From: Clostridia bacterium
GTDB taxonomy: Bacteria; Bacillota; Clostridia; Oscillospirales; SIG627
DNA length: 64,000 nucleotides
Reading direction: 5' to 3'
NCBI GenBank assembly: GCA_017439965.1
Contig: JAFSID010000051.1
Coordinates: forward strand, 33,232-97,231
A model generated the notes under the pieces. The model was not told the origin of the DNA and did no database searches. It saw only the letters and a program-made list of their open reading frames with translations. Position 1 is the stretch's first letter; each line of letters opens with the position of its first letter. Position numbers and translations under genes: made by a program. Shown here in pieces: positions 8,621 through 19,052 of this stretch.

Positions 8621-11600
8621 ATGATTACTAAAGAAGGTACAGCTTCATTTATCACCAGAGTATCAGCATTGTTTCTTTGCTTGGCGATGCTCTTGGGTGT
8701 TGTTCCTACAAGTCTGTTTAGCGTAATGGCAATGGACGTTGTGGAGAAATTGGCTACCGTATCCACGATTACTGACGGAGGAGTAGTTAATAATCCCGAC
8801 GGAGCAGACGTTAACGTTACCTACAACGGTGTAACGCTCGAATGGGCAGAGGCAGATCTGTCAATCGGAAGACCTATTGACGGCTGGTGGGTAGGCGTTA
8901 AGGTTACCGCCCCCGATAATCTCGTCAAGGAAACGGATTTCGTTGAGGAGGGTGTGGATAAGGTTACTTATCGACGTATCGACGAAAACGGTGACGGCGC
9001 TGACAGAAGCTTCTGGTATCAGCAGAGCTCGGATAAGTCCGTTGAGGAGACCGAGAGATACGTTGATATGTGGCTTCACGTAAACGAAGAAAAGCTCAAC
9101 AACGCCCGTCATAACGGCGGATACGTTACCTACAAGTATGAGTTTAACTGGAACAACGACAGTGAGTATGAGCAGACTCTTACAATCAATATTGCTCCTA
9201 ATCTTGTGCTTGAAAAGGAGGGCGAGTCAAAATATCCTTCCTCTGATATAGGAACGGTTGAGACTATAAGCGACGGTCTTTCCGTTAGCGGTGATTCAAC
9301 TGCACATTACGTTCAGGTATCCAATACTGCACCCGTTGTGCTTGATTGGATGGAGAAGGACACCTCTTTAAATATTAATGCTGACGGCTGGTGGATGGGT
9401 ATTAAGGTTATCGCCCCCACGAATGATTTGGATGTACTCAAGGAGTCCAGGTATCAGGTTGCAAGTGATGAGAGCTGGTCCGCAGCCAAGAGTTTTTACG
9501 ATTCTAAAAGCTCAGCTGATGACGATTCGTCTCAGTACATAAGCCTTTGGGGACTTCTCAGCGAGGATGCAGTTGATAACGCTGTGCTCAATAACGAAAA
9601 ATTGAGTTATACCTGGCGTTTTGACTGGGATAACGACGGTGTATACGAGCAGCTTGTTACGCTTGTCGTAGACCCTGAGGAAGTTACTCTTGTAAGAGGA
9701 AGTAACGAGGAATTTGGCGGTGTCGAGGCTATTACCGAGGCTCAGATAAGAGGCTCGGGTACGGCAAGCGTTACCGTAAAGAGCGGAAATCTTAATCTTA
9801 ATTGGGATGAAGCAGACGAAAGCATCGGACGTTATAAGAGAAGCTGGTGGGTAGGCGCAATGGTATACGCACCGACCGGCATAGACTTGACGGAAGAAAA
9901 CGACGTTAAATATCAGAGCAAGAAGCACGGCGGCGAATGGTCTGCCGATAAGTCCTTCTGGGCGAATCAGGATTCTCCCGTCAGCGCAGATACGCATTAT
10001 ATGGGCGTTTGGGCAGGTCTTGACAGAGACGTTGTTGAGGCTGCGGCTGAAGCGGGCGAGGATATAGTTTACGAGTGGCGCTTTGACTGGAACCGCGACG
10101 GCGTATTTGAGCAGACGGTAAGCTATGTTGTTGATGCTGATACCGTTGTACTTAACAGATACGACAGAGAAGATATTGTGTTTACAAAGCCTGCAGAGAG
10201 CTTTTCAATATGGTCGGGCGAGGGTACTTATACGGTAGCCGCTTCTTGCACTTCAGAGGGAGATATCGTTTACTCAATAGATTCCGATAAGTGTCCCGAG
10301 GGCACGTCGATAGACAGCAACGGTGTAGTGACCTTCTCTAAGCCCGGTAAGATTACTGTAAGGGCTGAGATACCTGCGGACGATTTTTATAATTCGGTAA
10401 GCGAAGAGATTACCTTTGAGGTTGTAAGAAATAAGTTTGAGGGACTTGCATTTGTAAAACCCGAATCAAAGCTAACTACAACTTACGAGAAAGGACTTAC
10501 CTTTACCAACGTTATCGACGAAGCGACGAGCGGTGGCGGAAGCTTCACTTATAGTATTGCAGAACAAGCAGACCTTAGCGGAGCGACCGACAAGACTGTG
10601 GCAATCATTGACGCTGCTACCGGTGTGCTTACTATTTACCGTACCGGCAACGTTTACGTTGTAGCCACAAGACAGCAGGACGACAAATACGATGCGGCAT
10701 CGGTAACGTATTCCTTGGAGATTTGCAAGGGTACCCAGAGCCTTGAATTTGAAAATAAGCCGGTTGAAGAAGGTAAGCCGATTGAAATTACTTATAAGCC
10801 CGGTTTAAAGTATACGAATGTCATAAAGAACAATAAAACGAAGGCTACCTACGCTATTACGGAGACTTGTGACATTAATAATAACAAGTTGGTGGACGGC
10901 GACGTTGCTGTAATTGATACAAAAACGGGTGAGCTTACAGTTTCGCGCTCGGGTATTATAACGGTTACCGCTACCTGTCCGTCTGATGATAACTATCAAG
11001 ATGCAACAGCATATTATAAACTCGCTATTAATAAGGCCGATCAGACGAATTTTGGATTTTCGTCCGAGCTTGACGTTGACGGAGACGGAAAGGTTGATGA
11101 GAAGGATATCTCAGAAACGAACGGCAATGCTGAATATGTAATCACCTATAATGATTTTGATAATTCGTTTGTAAAGCTTGCAGCAGGCGGACAGATCTCG
11201 GGTAATATCACCTATGAGATAGCCGACCAGAAGTATCTCGATAATAGTCCCGCCACCTCTGACTCTCTTGTTGCGGAGATTAATGAGGACAGCGGTCTTC
11301 TCACGGTATACCGCTCAGGTAAGATATTGGTACGCGCAACGAAAAAGGGTGACGACTGTTATAATGACGTTACCGCGGAGTATACGCTTACTGTTAATAA
11401 ATGCGCTCAGACGATAGAGTTTTGGGACAACGAAGCTTCCGTATCGAGCATAACGAGGCTTTACGGCATCAGGGAGTATACTCCTGTAATCAAGTTTAGC
11501 GGAAGCGGTGCTGTTACTTATTCTATATCCCCCAATAAAATCGGTGCCGATATTGACGAAGCAACGGGCGTTGTAACGTTTAAGAATTCGGATGAGAAGG

Positions 11601-14600
11601 TTGGTACGGCGAGAATCAGTGTCAGCATAGAGCCCGATGAGCGTTATCTGGGCAATTCCAACTGGCTTGATATTAACGTTGAATATCATCAGCTTCCCAG
11701 CGGAGTTACTTATACCGTAAGTGATAGAAATAAAAACGGATGGTACCGTGATGAAATGAGAATAGAGGCTCCGGCTGGTTATCTTATCAGCTATCATAAC
11801 GAGCTTGATACTAACGATTGGTCAGAGGTGATAAAAAGAGACATAGAGGGTACAGAGAAGCCTGAAATATTCTTTAAGCATGAAACAACAGGTGCTATTA
11901 CAGATAGTGTTGTTGTTGAAGAATATCAAATGGATAAAACTGATCCCGAGGTTATCGATGTTAAATATGAAACTCCGATAATGAAAACTATTGCAGAAAA
12001 GCTTTTTGGCTTTTCTGCTGATGGTAAAGTAACTGTGACCGTAACCGCAAAGGATGAGCTTTCGGGTATTGAACGTATTGAATATTCGCTTGACGGTATC
12101 GAATATGTGACACTCATTGACGATTTATCCGATACAGAAGGCGTATTCAGCAGTGAGTTTGTAATTGATTCACAGTACAGAAACGAAATTATTTACAGAA
12201 CCATTGATAAGGCGGGTAGGTATTCTAATAATTATAAGGACGGAAGCACCATAATAATTGATAAGATTTCTCCCGAATTGGAGATTTCATATCTTTACAG
12301 CTATTCCGATAAAGATGAAAGCGAAGCCTTTAACAGAAAGGATAGCAACGGTATTGTTTATACCAATGCCGATAAAGTTCTTGTTCAGCTTAAATTAACC
12401 GCAGACAATTTTGATCTTCTTGAGTCGGTTGACAATCTTCCTGTTGTAAATCTTTGTAAGATTGGCGAGGCGTCAGAAGGGGTTAAGCTTACATGGAATA
12501 CCGAAGAATCCACAAACATTAATATTGCATCCTTTGAAATTGAGGAAGAAGGAGATTATGTAATAACCGTTGATGAGTTTACAGATTTTCTTGACAGGAA
12601 GATTGATGCTTACAGCCAAGAAATACATGTAGACAGAAATGAAGCTGAGTTTAGCGAATTTGTGTTCAGCGGTGAAGTTAAGTACGATGACCAAAACACC
12701 GGTCGCAAGTATTATGAGGATTCTCAAACCGTAACAGTTGAAATTGATGAGCATAGCTTTGATGCAAACGGCTTTGAGGTTTCTTTAGTGGCGAAGGATT
12801 ATGCGGGTAATGACATTGTCGTTTCCGACTACACCGAGCTTTTCAAAAATGCTGCTTGGGAAAAGGAAGGCGATAAGTATACAGCAAGCTTTGTATTTGA
12901 CAAAGAAGCAAATTATACACTTCAAGTAAAATATACCGACCTTGCAGGTAACGAGTCAAGTTCCTCTGAATATAAGTTTACTGTTGACGGAACCAAGCCT
13001 GCTCAGCCTCGTATATATCTCGATAGGACACCCTTTGTAACAAAGGTTCTTTCCCAAATAACCTTTGGCTTCTTCAAGAGCCCTTTGAGTTTTACGGTTG
13101 AGTCAAGCGACCTTGTTGCAGGCGTAAAATCTATAAGGTACGCCTACGTTGGTACAACAGGTGTTCTCGAGACGGGTGAAGTTAATGTTTCAGAAGAAAT
13201 TACTGCAAAAACAGATAGCAGCGGCGTTGTAAAGATAACATTTGAAATTCCTGGAATCACTGATGATCCTGCAAACTCAGAGTTTCACGGTAAGGTTAGT
13301 GCGGTTGCATACGACTATTCGGGCAATGACGAATCCTCCGACGGATGCGTATATTATTATGATGGTGAAAGCAGTGTGCCTAAAAAGCTTAATACTGTTG
13401 TAACCGATAATATAGAGCCTGAGAGAACAGTTGCCTTTTCTGAGCCTAACAGAATACTCACGGCAGACCTTTCAGACGACGTTGACAAATATGAAGAGAC
13501 TGACAATGTTATTCTTTACTATAATAGGACAGGTGAGAATAACAATAATGCTACCGTAACAATCACAATTACCGAAGCCAATTTCGATGAAAATGATGTA
13601 AGCGTAAAGGTAAATTCAGAAGAATATAACAAGATTGATAAAAGCAATGTCAACTGGAGTGTTCAGGGCAACGTGGCAACGGGAAGCTTCACTCTTGAAG
13701 AACAGGGCGATTATACTGTAACCGTTGAGTATACCGATGCTTCCAGAAATGATATGCCAACGTATATTTCACAGAAAATTGCCATAGACCGCACAAAGCC
13801 CGAGATTGAAATATTCTTTGATCCTGCGGACGTTACGAGCGAAGAGCCCGAGAAAGCAGTATACGACAAGTATTTCGACGAAAGCCGTACGGCAAAAATT
13901 GTGGTTACCGAGCATAATTTCCGTCCCAACGAGATTGTTGCGACTGTTGACGTGACTGATTATTACGGCAATGTGCTCAATCCCGCGGACCACCAATACG
14001 AGACCTATTCCCAGCTCTTCACTGAAGCGTTGAAAAATGCGGAATGGGCGGTTTGCGATAATAATCCCGATAAGCATTATGCTGAGATTGACTTCGTGGA
14101 TGAAGGCTGGTACAATCTCAAGGTTGATTATACAGACATTCTCGGAAATGAAGCAGAGCAGGCTGTTGCAAAGGAATTTGTAATTGATGGGTCTGTGCCT
14201 GAGGTTTCAATCTCGCAAGATGAAAGCTTCATAAATAAGATTGGCTCAACCATCTTGTTCTATAACGCAAGTCCTACCGTGACAATTAAAGTTCAGGATA
14301 ATATTTCGGGTATTGACAGTATTCACATTGATGCGGAAAGAAAGGGTAACGTTAATGCCAATAGCGTTGTATACCCGTCAGGGCTTGTGCTGGAAGCAAA
14401 CGGCGTAAAGAGAAGCGGAGACGAGGGCTTCATTGACCTTGAAAAGCTTACTGTAAAGGCTCCTGAAAATACGGAGGAGTATCTTGAAATCTCCTTCAAG
14501 ATACCTCCGCAGTTCAACGGCACGGTTAAGGCTACCGCTGTAAATATGTCAGGTGGTCAGGGAAGCAGCGCTGGTGAGCATACTGAGTATACTGTCGTGG

Positions 14601-17600
14601 TCGATACCTTATCCCCAAAGATTGAGGTTAAATATACGGGCGATTACGTAGGCAAGGTAAGATACGACGGAGACCTCGGAGAGCGCTTCGTATATTCTGA
14701 TACCGTAACCGCAAATCTGTACGTAAATGAGGCAAACTTCCAGTACGATATAAACGACATCACGGTTATAAAGAACGGTAAGGCTGCACAGGCAGGAGTA
14801 GATTATACCACAAGCATATGGGGTACGGGCAGATACTTAAGCGAGTATGCCAAGGTATTTAAGTTTATAGAGGACGGAGATTACAAGCTCTCCTTCTCCT
14901 ATATCGACTACGCGGGTAACTCTATGAGCTATACCGACTCGTTCAATTCAACGGGAAAACGTTCGTACGTTTCCAAGACCGTTACCGTAGATAAATCCAA
15001 CCCCGTTTACACGGTAACCTACGACAACAACAAGGTTATAAACACGATTGACGGTGTTGAGTATTACGATGACGTGCGTACGGCAACCATCGAGATACTT
15101 GAGCACAACTTCAATCCCACCGCAGTTGACTTTAAGGTGACTGCAAAGGATTCGGGCGGTAAGACCGTTACAGAATACAAGTATCCCACGCTTAAGACTA
15201 TGAGTGAATGGAAGCGTTCGGGCGATACCTGGACTGCTACCGTTGCATTTGATTGCGACGCAAATTATACCGTAGAGCTTGCATACAAGGACATTGCGGG
15301 AAATGAGCTCGTAAATTCCGAAAACGGCGAAAAGGGTAACTATATCAAGACGTTTGCGGTAGACCGCTCGGCTCCGTACGATCTTAAGATTGAGTACCTT
15401 GAGCCCTCGGCACTTGAAAGGCTTATTGATACGGTATCCTTCAGATTCTTCAATTCTACCGCAAAGGTCAGAATATCCGCTGAGGATATAACCTCGGGTA
15501 TTCAGCGCTTCGAATACAGCTATAAGCTTAGCAACGGCGTCAGCGACATAAACGCGGAGCTTATCGATAAGGCTATTGAAAAGGCTGAGATAACCCAGGA
15601 CGGAAACAGATCCTACGCTACCTTCGAGATTCCCGCAGAGCTTCTTGGAGAAAACAATCAGTTCAGAGGCAACGTATGCTTTACGGCGTATGACTATTGC
15701 CTGAACGGAGTAGATAAGAATGATGAAGCTGTTACCGTTGTTGACTCGGTAACGCCTAAGCTCAACGTAGCGTATGCTCCTGCTGATGCGGGTGTTTCCG
15801 TAAGATACGTGGATGCTTCGCTCAAGGATACCAACAGCTTTGCAAACGCTGTTCAGGCATTCTACGGCGGCAAGGTCAAGGTTACCTTGAGCCTTAACGA
15901 AGCAAACTTCTTTGAGGGCGCCAAGGATGGCAACGAAATCGTTCACGAGCTTGGTATTCTTTTGACGGAAACCGATAACGAGGGCAACACCGTTAAGCTT
16001 GAATATCTTCCCAAGGGTGCAGAGCAGATGTTCTCTGATGAGACCTCTGAAACAAGAAGCATTGTATGGAGCAGTGACAAGGATATGCACACCGCAGTTC
16101 TTGAGCTTTCTCACGATGCCGATTATAAGCTTGAGATTAAGTATACCGACTATTCCGACAACGATGCGGAAATATCCTCCGACGATAATTCGTCAAAGAC
16201 CGCAGGAGTTTATACCTCAAAGCTTATAACCGTTGATAACACCGATCCCGTTGTTGAAATCACGTATTCCAACAACGACGTCAGCAAGACCGTTGACGGC
16301 AGAAGGTATTATGACGCTGAGCAGATTGCAACCGTAACCGTTAAGGAGCACAATTTCCGCGCGGCTGACGTTAACGTTGACTTAATCGCCAAGAATATTC
16401 TCGGCGATAACGTGGAGGTTGCGGATTTCGATTCTCAGCTTCGTGATGACGCAAGCTGGAAGCATTATAACAGCAAGGGCGAGCTTGTCGCAAAGGCTGT
16501 GGACGGAAACGTTCACGTTGCAGAGCTCAAGCTTACCGAGGATGCAAATTATTCTCTCGACGTTGAGTATGATGACCTGTCAAAGCGAGTATCCGTTGAC
16601 AAGGCTCCCGAGCTGTTTACGGTTGATACTACCGCTCCCGTAAAACTCAGCGTTGAGTACAACGAGCCTAATATGTGGAACAAAATACTTGAGAACATCA
16701 CTCTCGGCTTCTATAACGCTCACGTTACCGTTACGGTTTCCGCAGAGGATATCACCTCGGGTATTGATCACTTCATTTACAGCTACATAAACGTTGAAGG
16801 CGCAAGTGCGGTCAACGCTCAGCTTATCGAGCAGGCTATCGAGAGTGCCGATATAGTATATAACGGTGCGACTGCCGTTGCTGAATTTGCTATTCCCAAG
16901 GACGCTATCGAGCAGCACAATCAGTTTAACGGTACCATTGAGTTTACCGCATACGACCGAAGCCTTAACTCAGGCAAGCTTGTAAATAACGAGGTAATAA
17001 TCGTCGATAACATCAAGCCCGAGGCTAACGTAACCTTTAATGAGCCGGTACAGACTGTAAACGGCATTCGTTACTACAATTCGAATATAAACGCAAGCAT
17101 AATCGTAAACGAAGCAAACTTCTACAGTGAGGACGTTGTTGTCAGCATTACGAGAAACGGTGCATATTATGCACCTAATATCTCATGGACCGATACCAGC
17201 GCCGACGTTCACAGAGGTGCGTTTACTCTTACCGAGGAAGGCAGCTATACCATACGTATTGACTATACCGACCGTTCCTCCAATAAGATGGATACTTACG
17301 TTTCCGAGCGTATTGTCATTGATAAGGTTATGCCTGAGGTCCATATTTCAAACGTAAAGGCAAATTCGGCAAACAAGGACGAGATTTACGGATTTACCGT
17401 AACCGTCAGAGACGATAACGCAGATATTAACGCTATCAATACCGTTCTTACCGCTGTTATGAGAGCTGAAGACGGTACCTACGAGACCAAGGACATCCCC
17501 TTGGGTGACGTGAGAACAGTTTCTGTCGGAACCTCTTATTCATACGTTGTAGAGAATCTTGAGGCAGATGCGGTATATACCATAACCTCAAGTGTTAAGG

Positions 17601-18475
17601 ATATGTCCGGCAACGAGAATACGAAAATCCTTCTCGACGACGGAAACGAATACGACGAGGTTAAATTCTCTATTAACCGAAATGGCTCTACCTTCTCAGT
17701 AAACGGCGAGATTGAAAGAATCGTTGACGCATATTACGTTTACAGTGTTGATGAGGATATCGTGATTGAGGAGATTAACGTTGACCCCATTGAAAACTAT
17801 ATCGTAAGAATTAACGGCAACGACCTTGTTGAAAATACCGATTACACCAGCGTCGTGACAAGCAACGAGGGTGAGTGGAGTAAGAGAAGCTATATCGTAA
17901 GCAAGGATAAGTTCGCGGGTGAAGGCGAGTATGACGTTATGATTGAGTCTGTTGATAAGACCGAAACCACAGCGTACAGTGATATCAAGAAACTTAAGGT
18001 TGCTTTTGTTGTAGACAGAACGGCTCCCGTCGTTACAATAAGCGGTCTTGAAAGCGGCGGAAGATATCAGGTCGAGGAACAGACTGTAACCGCAATTCCT
18101 ACTGACGAGGGAGGAAAGCTTGATAGCTTCAAGGCAGTGCTTCTCGATGATGACGGCAAGGAGGTCAAAACCTTCTTTGAGGCATCGGGAACCGAGCTTG
18201 TTGAATATCTTGAGGCTAACGAAGGAAAGATAACCTTTAACGTTCCTGAAGGAATTGAGCATAGCGTTCGTATTATCTGTAACGATAGCTCTGTAAATTC
18301 CGAAAATTCAGCTAACGTATACGACGTAGTATTTGACAAGGTTACCGTATCACAGAATCGACTGGTTATGTACTATGCTAACAAGCCCTTGCTTTACGGC
18401 AGTATAGGTACTTTGGCAGTGGCGGCAGGCGTTGCAGTCCTTGTCATAATCAAAAAGAAAAAGAAAGTGGCATAA
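8621..18475 (+). CDS. giant (3,284 aa) Ig-like-repeat cell-surface protein / putative adhesin
   Basis: AAGGAG RBS and a signal peptide. More than 15 modules begin with D-x-[TS]-x-P-x(3-5)-[IV]-x-[YF] and carry E[HA]NF and YTD..GN motifs. C-terminal TM helix plus KKKKK tail. Confidence 0.85.
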   Translation: MITKEGTASFITRVSALFLCLAMLLGVVPTSLFSVMAMDVVEKLATVSTITDGGVVNNPDGADVNVTYNGVTLEWAEADLSIGRPIDGWWVGVKVTAPDNLVKETDFVEEGVDKVTYRRIDENGDGADRSFWYQQSSDKSVEETERYVDMWLHVNEEKLNNARHNGGYVTYKYEFNWNNDSEYEQTLTINIAPNLVLEKEGESKYPSSDIGTVETISDGLSVSGDSTAHYVQVSNTAPVVLDWMEKDTSLNINADGWWMGIKVIAPTNDLDVLKESRYQVASDESWSAAKSFYDSKSSADDDSSQYISLWGLLSEDAVDNAVLNNEKLSYTWRFDWDNDGVYEQLVTLVVDPEEVTLVRGSNEEFGGVEAITEAQIRGSGTASVTVKSGNLNLNWDEADESIGRYKRSWWVGAMVYAPTGIDLTEENDVKYQSKKHGGEWSADKSFWANQDSPVSADTHYMGVWAGLDRDVVEAAAEAGEDIVYEWRFDWNRDGVFEQTVSYVVDADTVVLNRYDREDIVFTKPAESFSIWSGEGTYTVAASCTSEGDIVYSIDSDKCPEGTSIDSNGVVTFSKPGKITVRAEIPADDFYNSVSEEITFEVVRNKFEGLAFVKPESKLTTTYEKGLTFTNVIDEATSGGGSFTYSIAEQADLSGATDKTVAIIDAATGVLTIYRTGNVYVVATRQQDDKYDAASVTYSLEICKGTQSLEFENKPVEEGKPIEITYKPGLKYTNVIKNNKTKATYAITETCDINNNKLVDGDVAVIDTKTGELTVSRSGIITVTATCPSDDNYQDATAYYKLAINKADQTNFGFSSELDVDGDGKVDEKDISETNGNAEYVITYNDFDNSFVKLAAGGQISGNITYEIADQKYLDNSPATSDSLVAEINEDSGLLTVYRSGKILVRATKKGDDCYNDVTAEYTLTVNKCAQTIEFWDNEASVSSITRLYGIREYTPVIKFSGSGAVTYSISPNKIGADIDEATGVVTFKNSDEKVGTARISVSIEPDERYLGNSNWLDINVEYHQLPSGVTYTVSDRNKNGWYRDEMRIEAPAGYLISYHNELDTNDWSEVIKRDIEGTEKPEIFFKHETTGAITDSVVVEEYQMDKTDPEVIDVKYETPIMKTIAEKLFGFSADGKVTVTVTAKDELSGIERIEYSLDGIEYVTLIDDLSDTEGVFSSEFVIDSQYRNEIIYRTIDKAGRYSNNYKDGSTIIIDKISPELEISYLYSYSDKDESEAFNRKDSNGIVYTNADKVLVQLKLTADNFDLLESVDNLPVVNLCKIGEASEGVKLTWNTEESTNINIASFEIEEEGDYVITVDEFTDFLDRKIDAYSQEIHVDRNEAEFSEFVFSGEVKYDDQNTGRKYYEDSQTVTVEIDEHSFDANGFEVSLVAKDYAGNDIVVSDYTELFKNAAWEKEGDKYTASFVFDKEANYTLQVKYTDLAGNESSSSEYKFTVDGTKPAQPRIYLDRTPFVTKVLSQITFGFFKSPLSFTVESSDLVAGVKSIRYAYVGTTGVLETGEVNVSEEITAKTDSSGVVKITFEIPGITDDPANSEFHGKVSAVAYDYSGNDESSDGCVYYYDGESSVPKKLNTVVTDNIEPERTVAFSEPNRILTADLSDDVDKYEETDNVILYYNRTGENNNNATVTITITEANFDENDVSVKVNSEEYNKIDKSNVNWSVQGNVATGSFTLEEQGDYTVTVEYTDASRNDMPTYISQKIAIDRTKPEIEIFFDPADVTSEEPEKAVYDKYFDESRTAKIVVTEHNFRPNEIVATVDVTDYYGNVLNPADHQYETYSQLFTEALKNAEWAVCDNNPDKHYAEIDFVDEGWYNLKVDYTDILGNEAEQAVAKEFVIDGSVPEVSISQDESFINKIGSTILFYNASPTVTIKVQDNISGIDSIHIDAERKGNVNANSVVYPSGLVLEANGVKRSGDEGFIDLEKLTVKAPENTEEYLEISFKIPPQFNGTVKATAVNMSGGQGSSAGEHTEYTVVVDTLSPKIEVKYTGDYVGKVRYDGDLGERFVYSDTVTANLYVNEANFQYDINDITVIKNGKAAQAGVDYTTSIWGTGRYLSEYAKVFKFIEDGDYKLSFSYIDYAGNSMSYTDSFNSTGKRSYVSKTVTVDKSNPVYTVTYDNNKVINTIDGVEYYDDVRTATIEILEHNFNPTAVDFKVTAKDSGGKTVTEYKYPTLKTMSEWKRSGDTWTATVAFDCDANYTVELAYKDIAGNELVNSENGEKGNYIKTFAVDRSAPYDLKIEYLEPSALERLIDTVSFRFFNSTAKVRISAEDITSGIQRFEYSYKLSNGVSDINAELIDKAIEKAEITQDGNRSYATFEIPAELLGENNQFRGNVCFTAYDYCLNGVDKNDEAVTVVDSVTPKLNVAYAPADAGVSVRYVDASLKDTNSFANAVQAFYGGKVKVTLSLNEANFFEGAKDGNEIVHELGILLTETDNEGNTVKLEYLPKGAEQMFSDETSETRSIVWSSDKDMHTAVLELSHDADYKLEIKYTDYSDNDAEISSDDNSSKTAGVYTSKLITVDNTDPVVEITYSNNDVSKTVDGRRYYDAEQIATVTVKEHNFRAADVNVDLIAKNILGDNVEVADFDSQLRDDASWKHYNSKGELVAKAVDGNVHVAELKLTEDANYSLDVEYDDLSKRVSVDKAPELFTVDTTAPVKLSVEYNEPNMWNKILENITLGFYNAHVTVTVSAEDITSGIDHFIYSYINVEGASAVNAQLIEQAIESADIVYNGATAVAEFAIPKDAIEQHNQFNGTIEFTAYDRSLNSGKLVNNEVIIVDNIKPEANVTFNEPVQTVNGIRYYNSNINASIIVNEANFYSEDVVVSITRNGAYYAPNISWTDTSADVHRGAFTLTEEGSYTIRIDYTDRSSNKMDTYVSERIVIDKVMPEVHISNVKANSANKDEIYGFTVTVRDDNADINAINTVLTAVMRAEDGTYETKDIPLGDVRTVSVGTSYSYVVENLEADAVYTITSSVKDMSGNENTKILLDDGNEYDEVKFSINRNGSTFSVNGEIERIVDAYYVYSVDEDIVIEEINVDPIENYIVRINGNDLVENTDYTSVVTSNEGEWSKRSYIVSKDKFAGEGEYDVMIESVDKTETTAYSDIKKLKVAFVVDRTAPVVTISGLESGGRYQVEEQTVTAIPTDEGGKLDSFKAVLLDDDGKEVKTFFEASGTELVEYLEANEGKITFNVPEGIEHSVRIICNDSSVNSENSANVYDVVFDKVTVSQNRLVMYYANKPLLYGSIGTLAVAAGVAVLVIIKKKKKVA

Positions 18476-18506
18476 ACCAATAACATCAGATAGGAGATAA
18501 CAGCAT

Positions 18507-19043
18507 ATGAATTGTAAAAATTGCGGTGCAGCTATGAATCAGGGCGATTCTTTCTGCACGATATGTGGCACAGACCAGAATGCGACTGAGGTTTTGACAG
18601 CGGAGAGCTATAACGCTTATACTTCTCAGCCCGCGTATACCGCTCCCGCTCTTAAGCATGCTACGAACAGAAGTCTGCTTAAGATGATATTCCTCACTAT
18701 GATTACCTTTGGAATTTACTCAATGGTAATCTGGTCAAGAATTGCAGACGAATTGAATATTGTTGCTTGCCGTTATGACGGTAAAAAAACGTGTCCCTTC
18801 TTCTCAATGCTTTATTTGACGATGATAACCTTCGGCGTTTACGGAATAGTTTGGCAGCATAAGTTCTGCAACCGTTTAGGTGCAGAGGTTACTCGCCGAG
18901 GCTATAATTACAAGTTCAGCGCTTCTGATTTCTGGCTATGGAACGTGCTTGGCTCGTTTATTGTAGTTGGTCCGTTCATATATTTACATAAGCTTATGAA
19001 GTGTATGAATATGATTAATGAAAGCTATAATATTTACGGCTGA
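18507..19043 (+). CDS. zinc-ribbon plus DUF4234-like membrane protein
   Basis: N-terminal CKNCG..CTICG zinc ribbon, followed by paired hydrophobic helices with a repeated TMITFG[IV]Y motif. Confidence 0.55.
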   Translation: MNCKNCGAAMNQGDSFCTICGTDQNATEVLTAESYNAYTSQPAYTAPALKHATNRSLLKMIFLTMITFGIYSMVIWSRIADELNIVACRYDGKKTCPFFSMLYLTMITFGVYGIVWQHKFCNRLGAEVTRRGYNYKFSASDFWLWNVLGSFIVVGPFIYLHKLMKCMNMINESYNIYG

Positions 19044-19052
19044 TAAAAAAGG

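Noticed and set aside
14948-16114. 388-aa ORF on the minus strand inside the giant adhesin gene.
   Set aside because: It lies entirely antisense to a 9.9-kb ORF that has clear domain periodicity. It has no plausible RBS or operon context, and its composition (rich in Leu, Arg, Val and Cys) is typical of a shadow frame.
6196-18262. Other 150-190-aa antisense ORFs (6196-6729, 9512-9997, 11315-11797, 17696-18262).
   Set aside because: Each is embedded antisense in a well-supported kinase or adhesin coding region. They are shadow ORFs caused by codon bias.
8621-18475. Periodic repeats that might be a CRISPR or satellite array.
   Set aside because: The repeats are diverged 100-140-aa coding modules within one open frame. 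There are no short identical direct repeats separated by unique spacers anywhere in the window.
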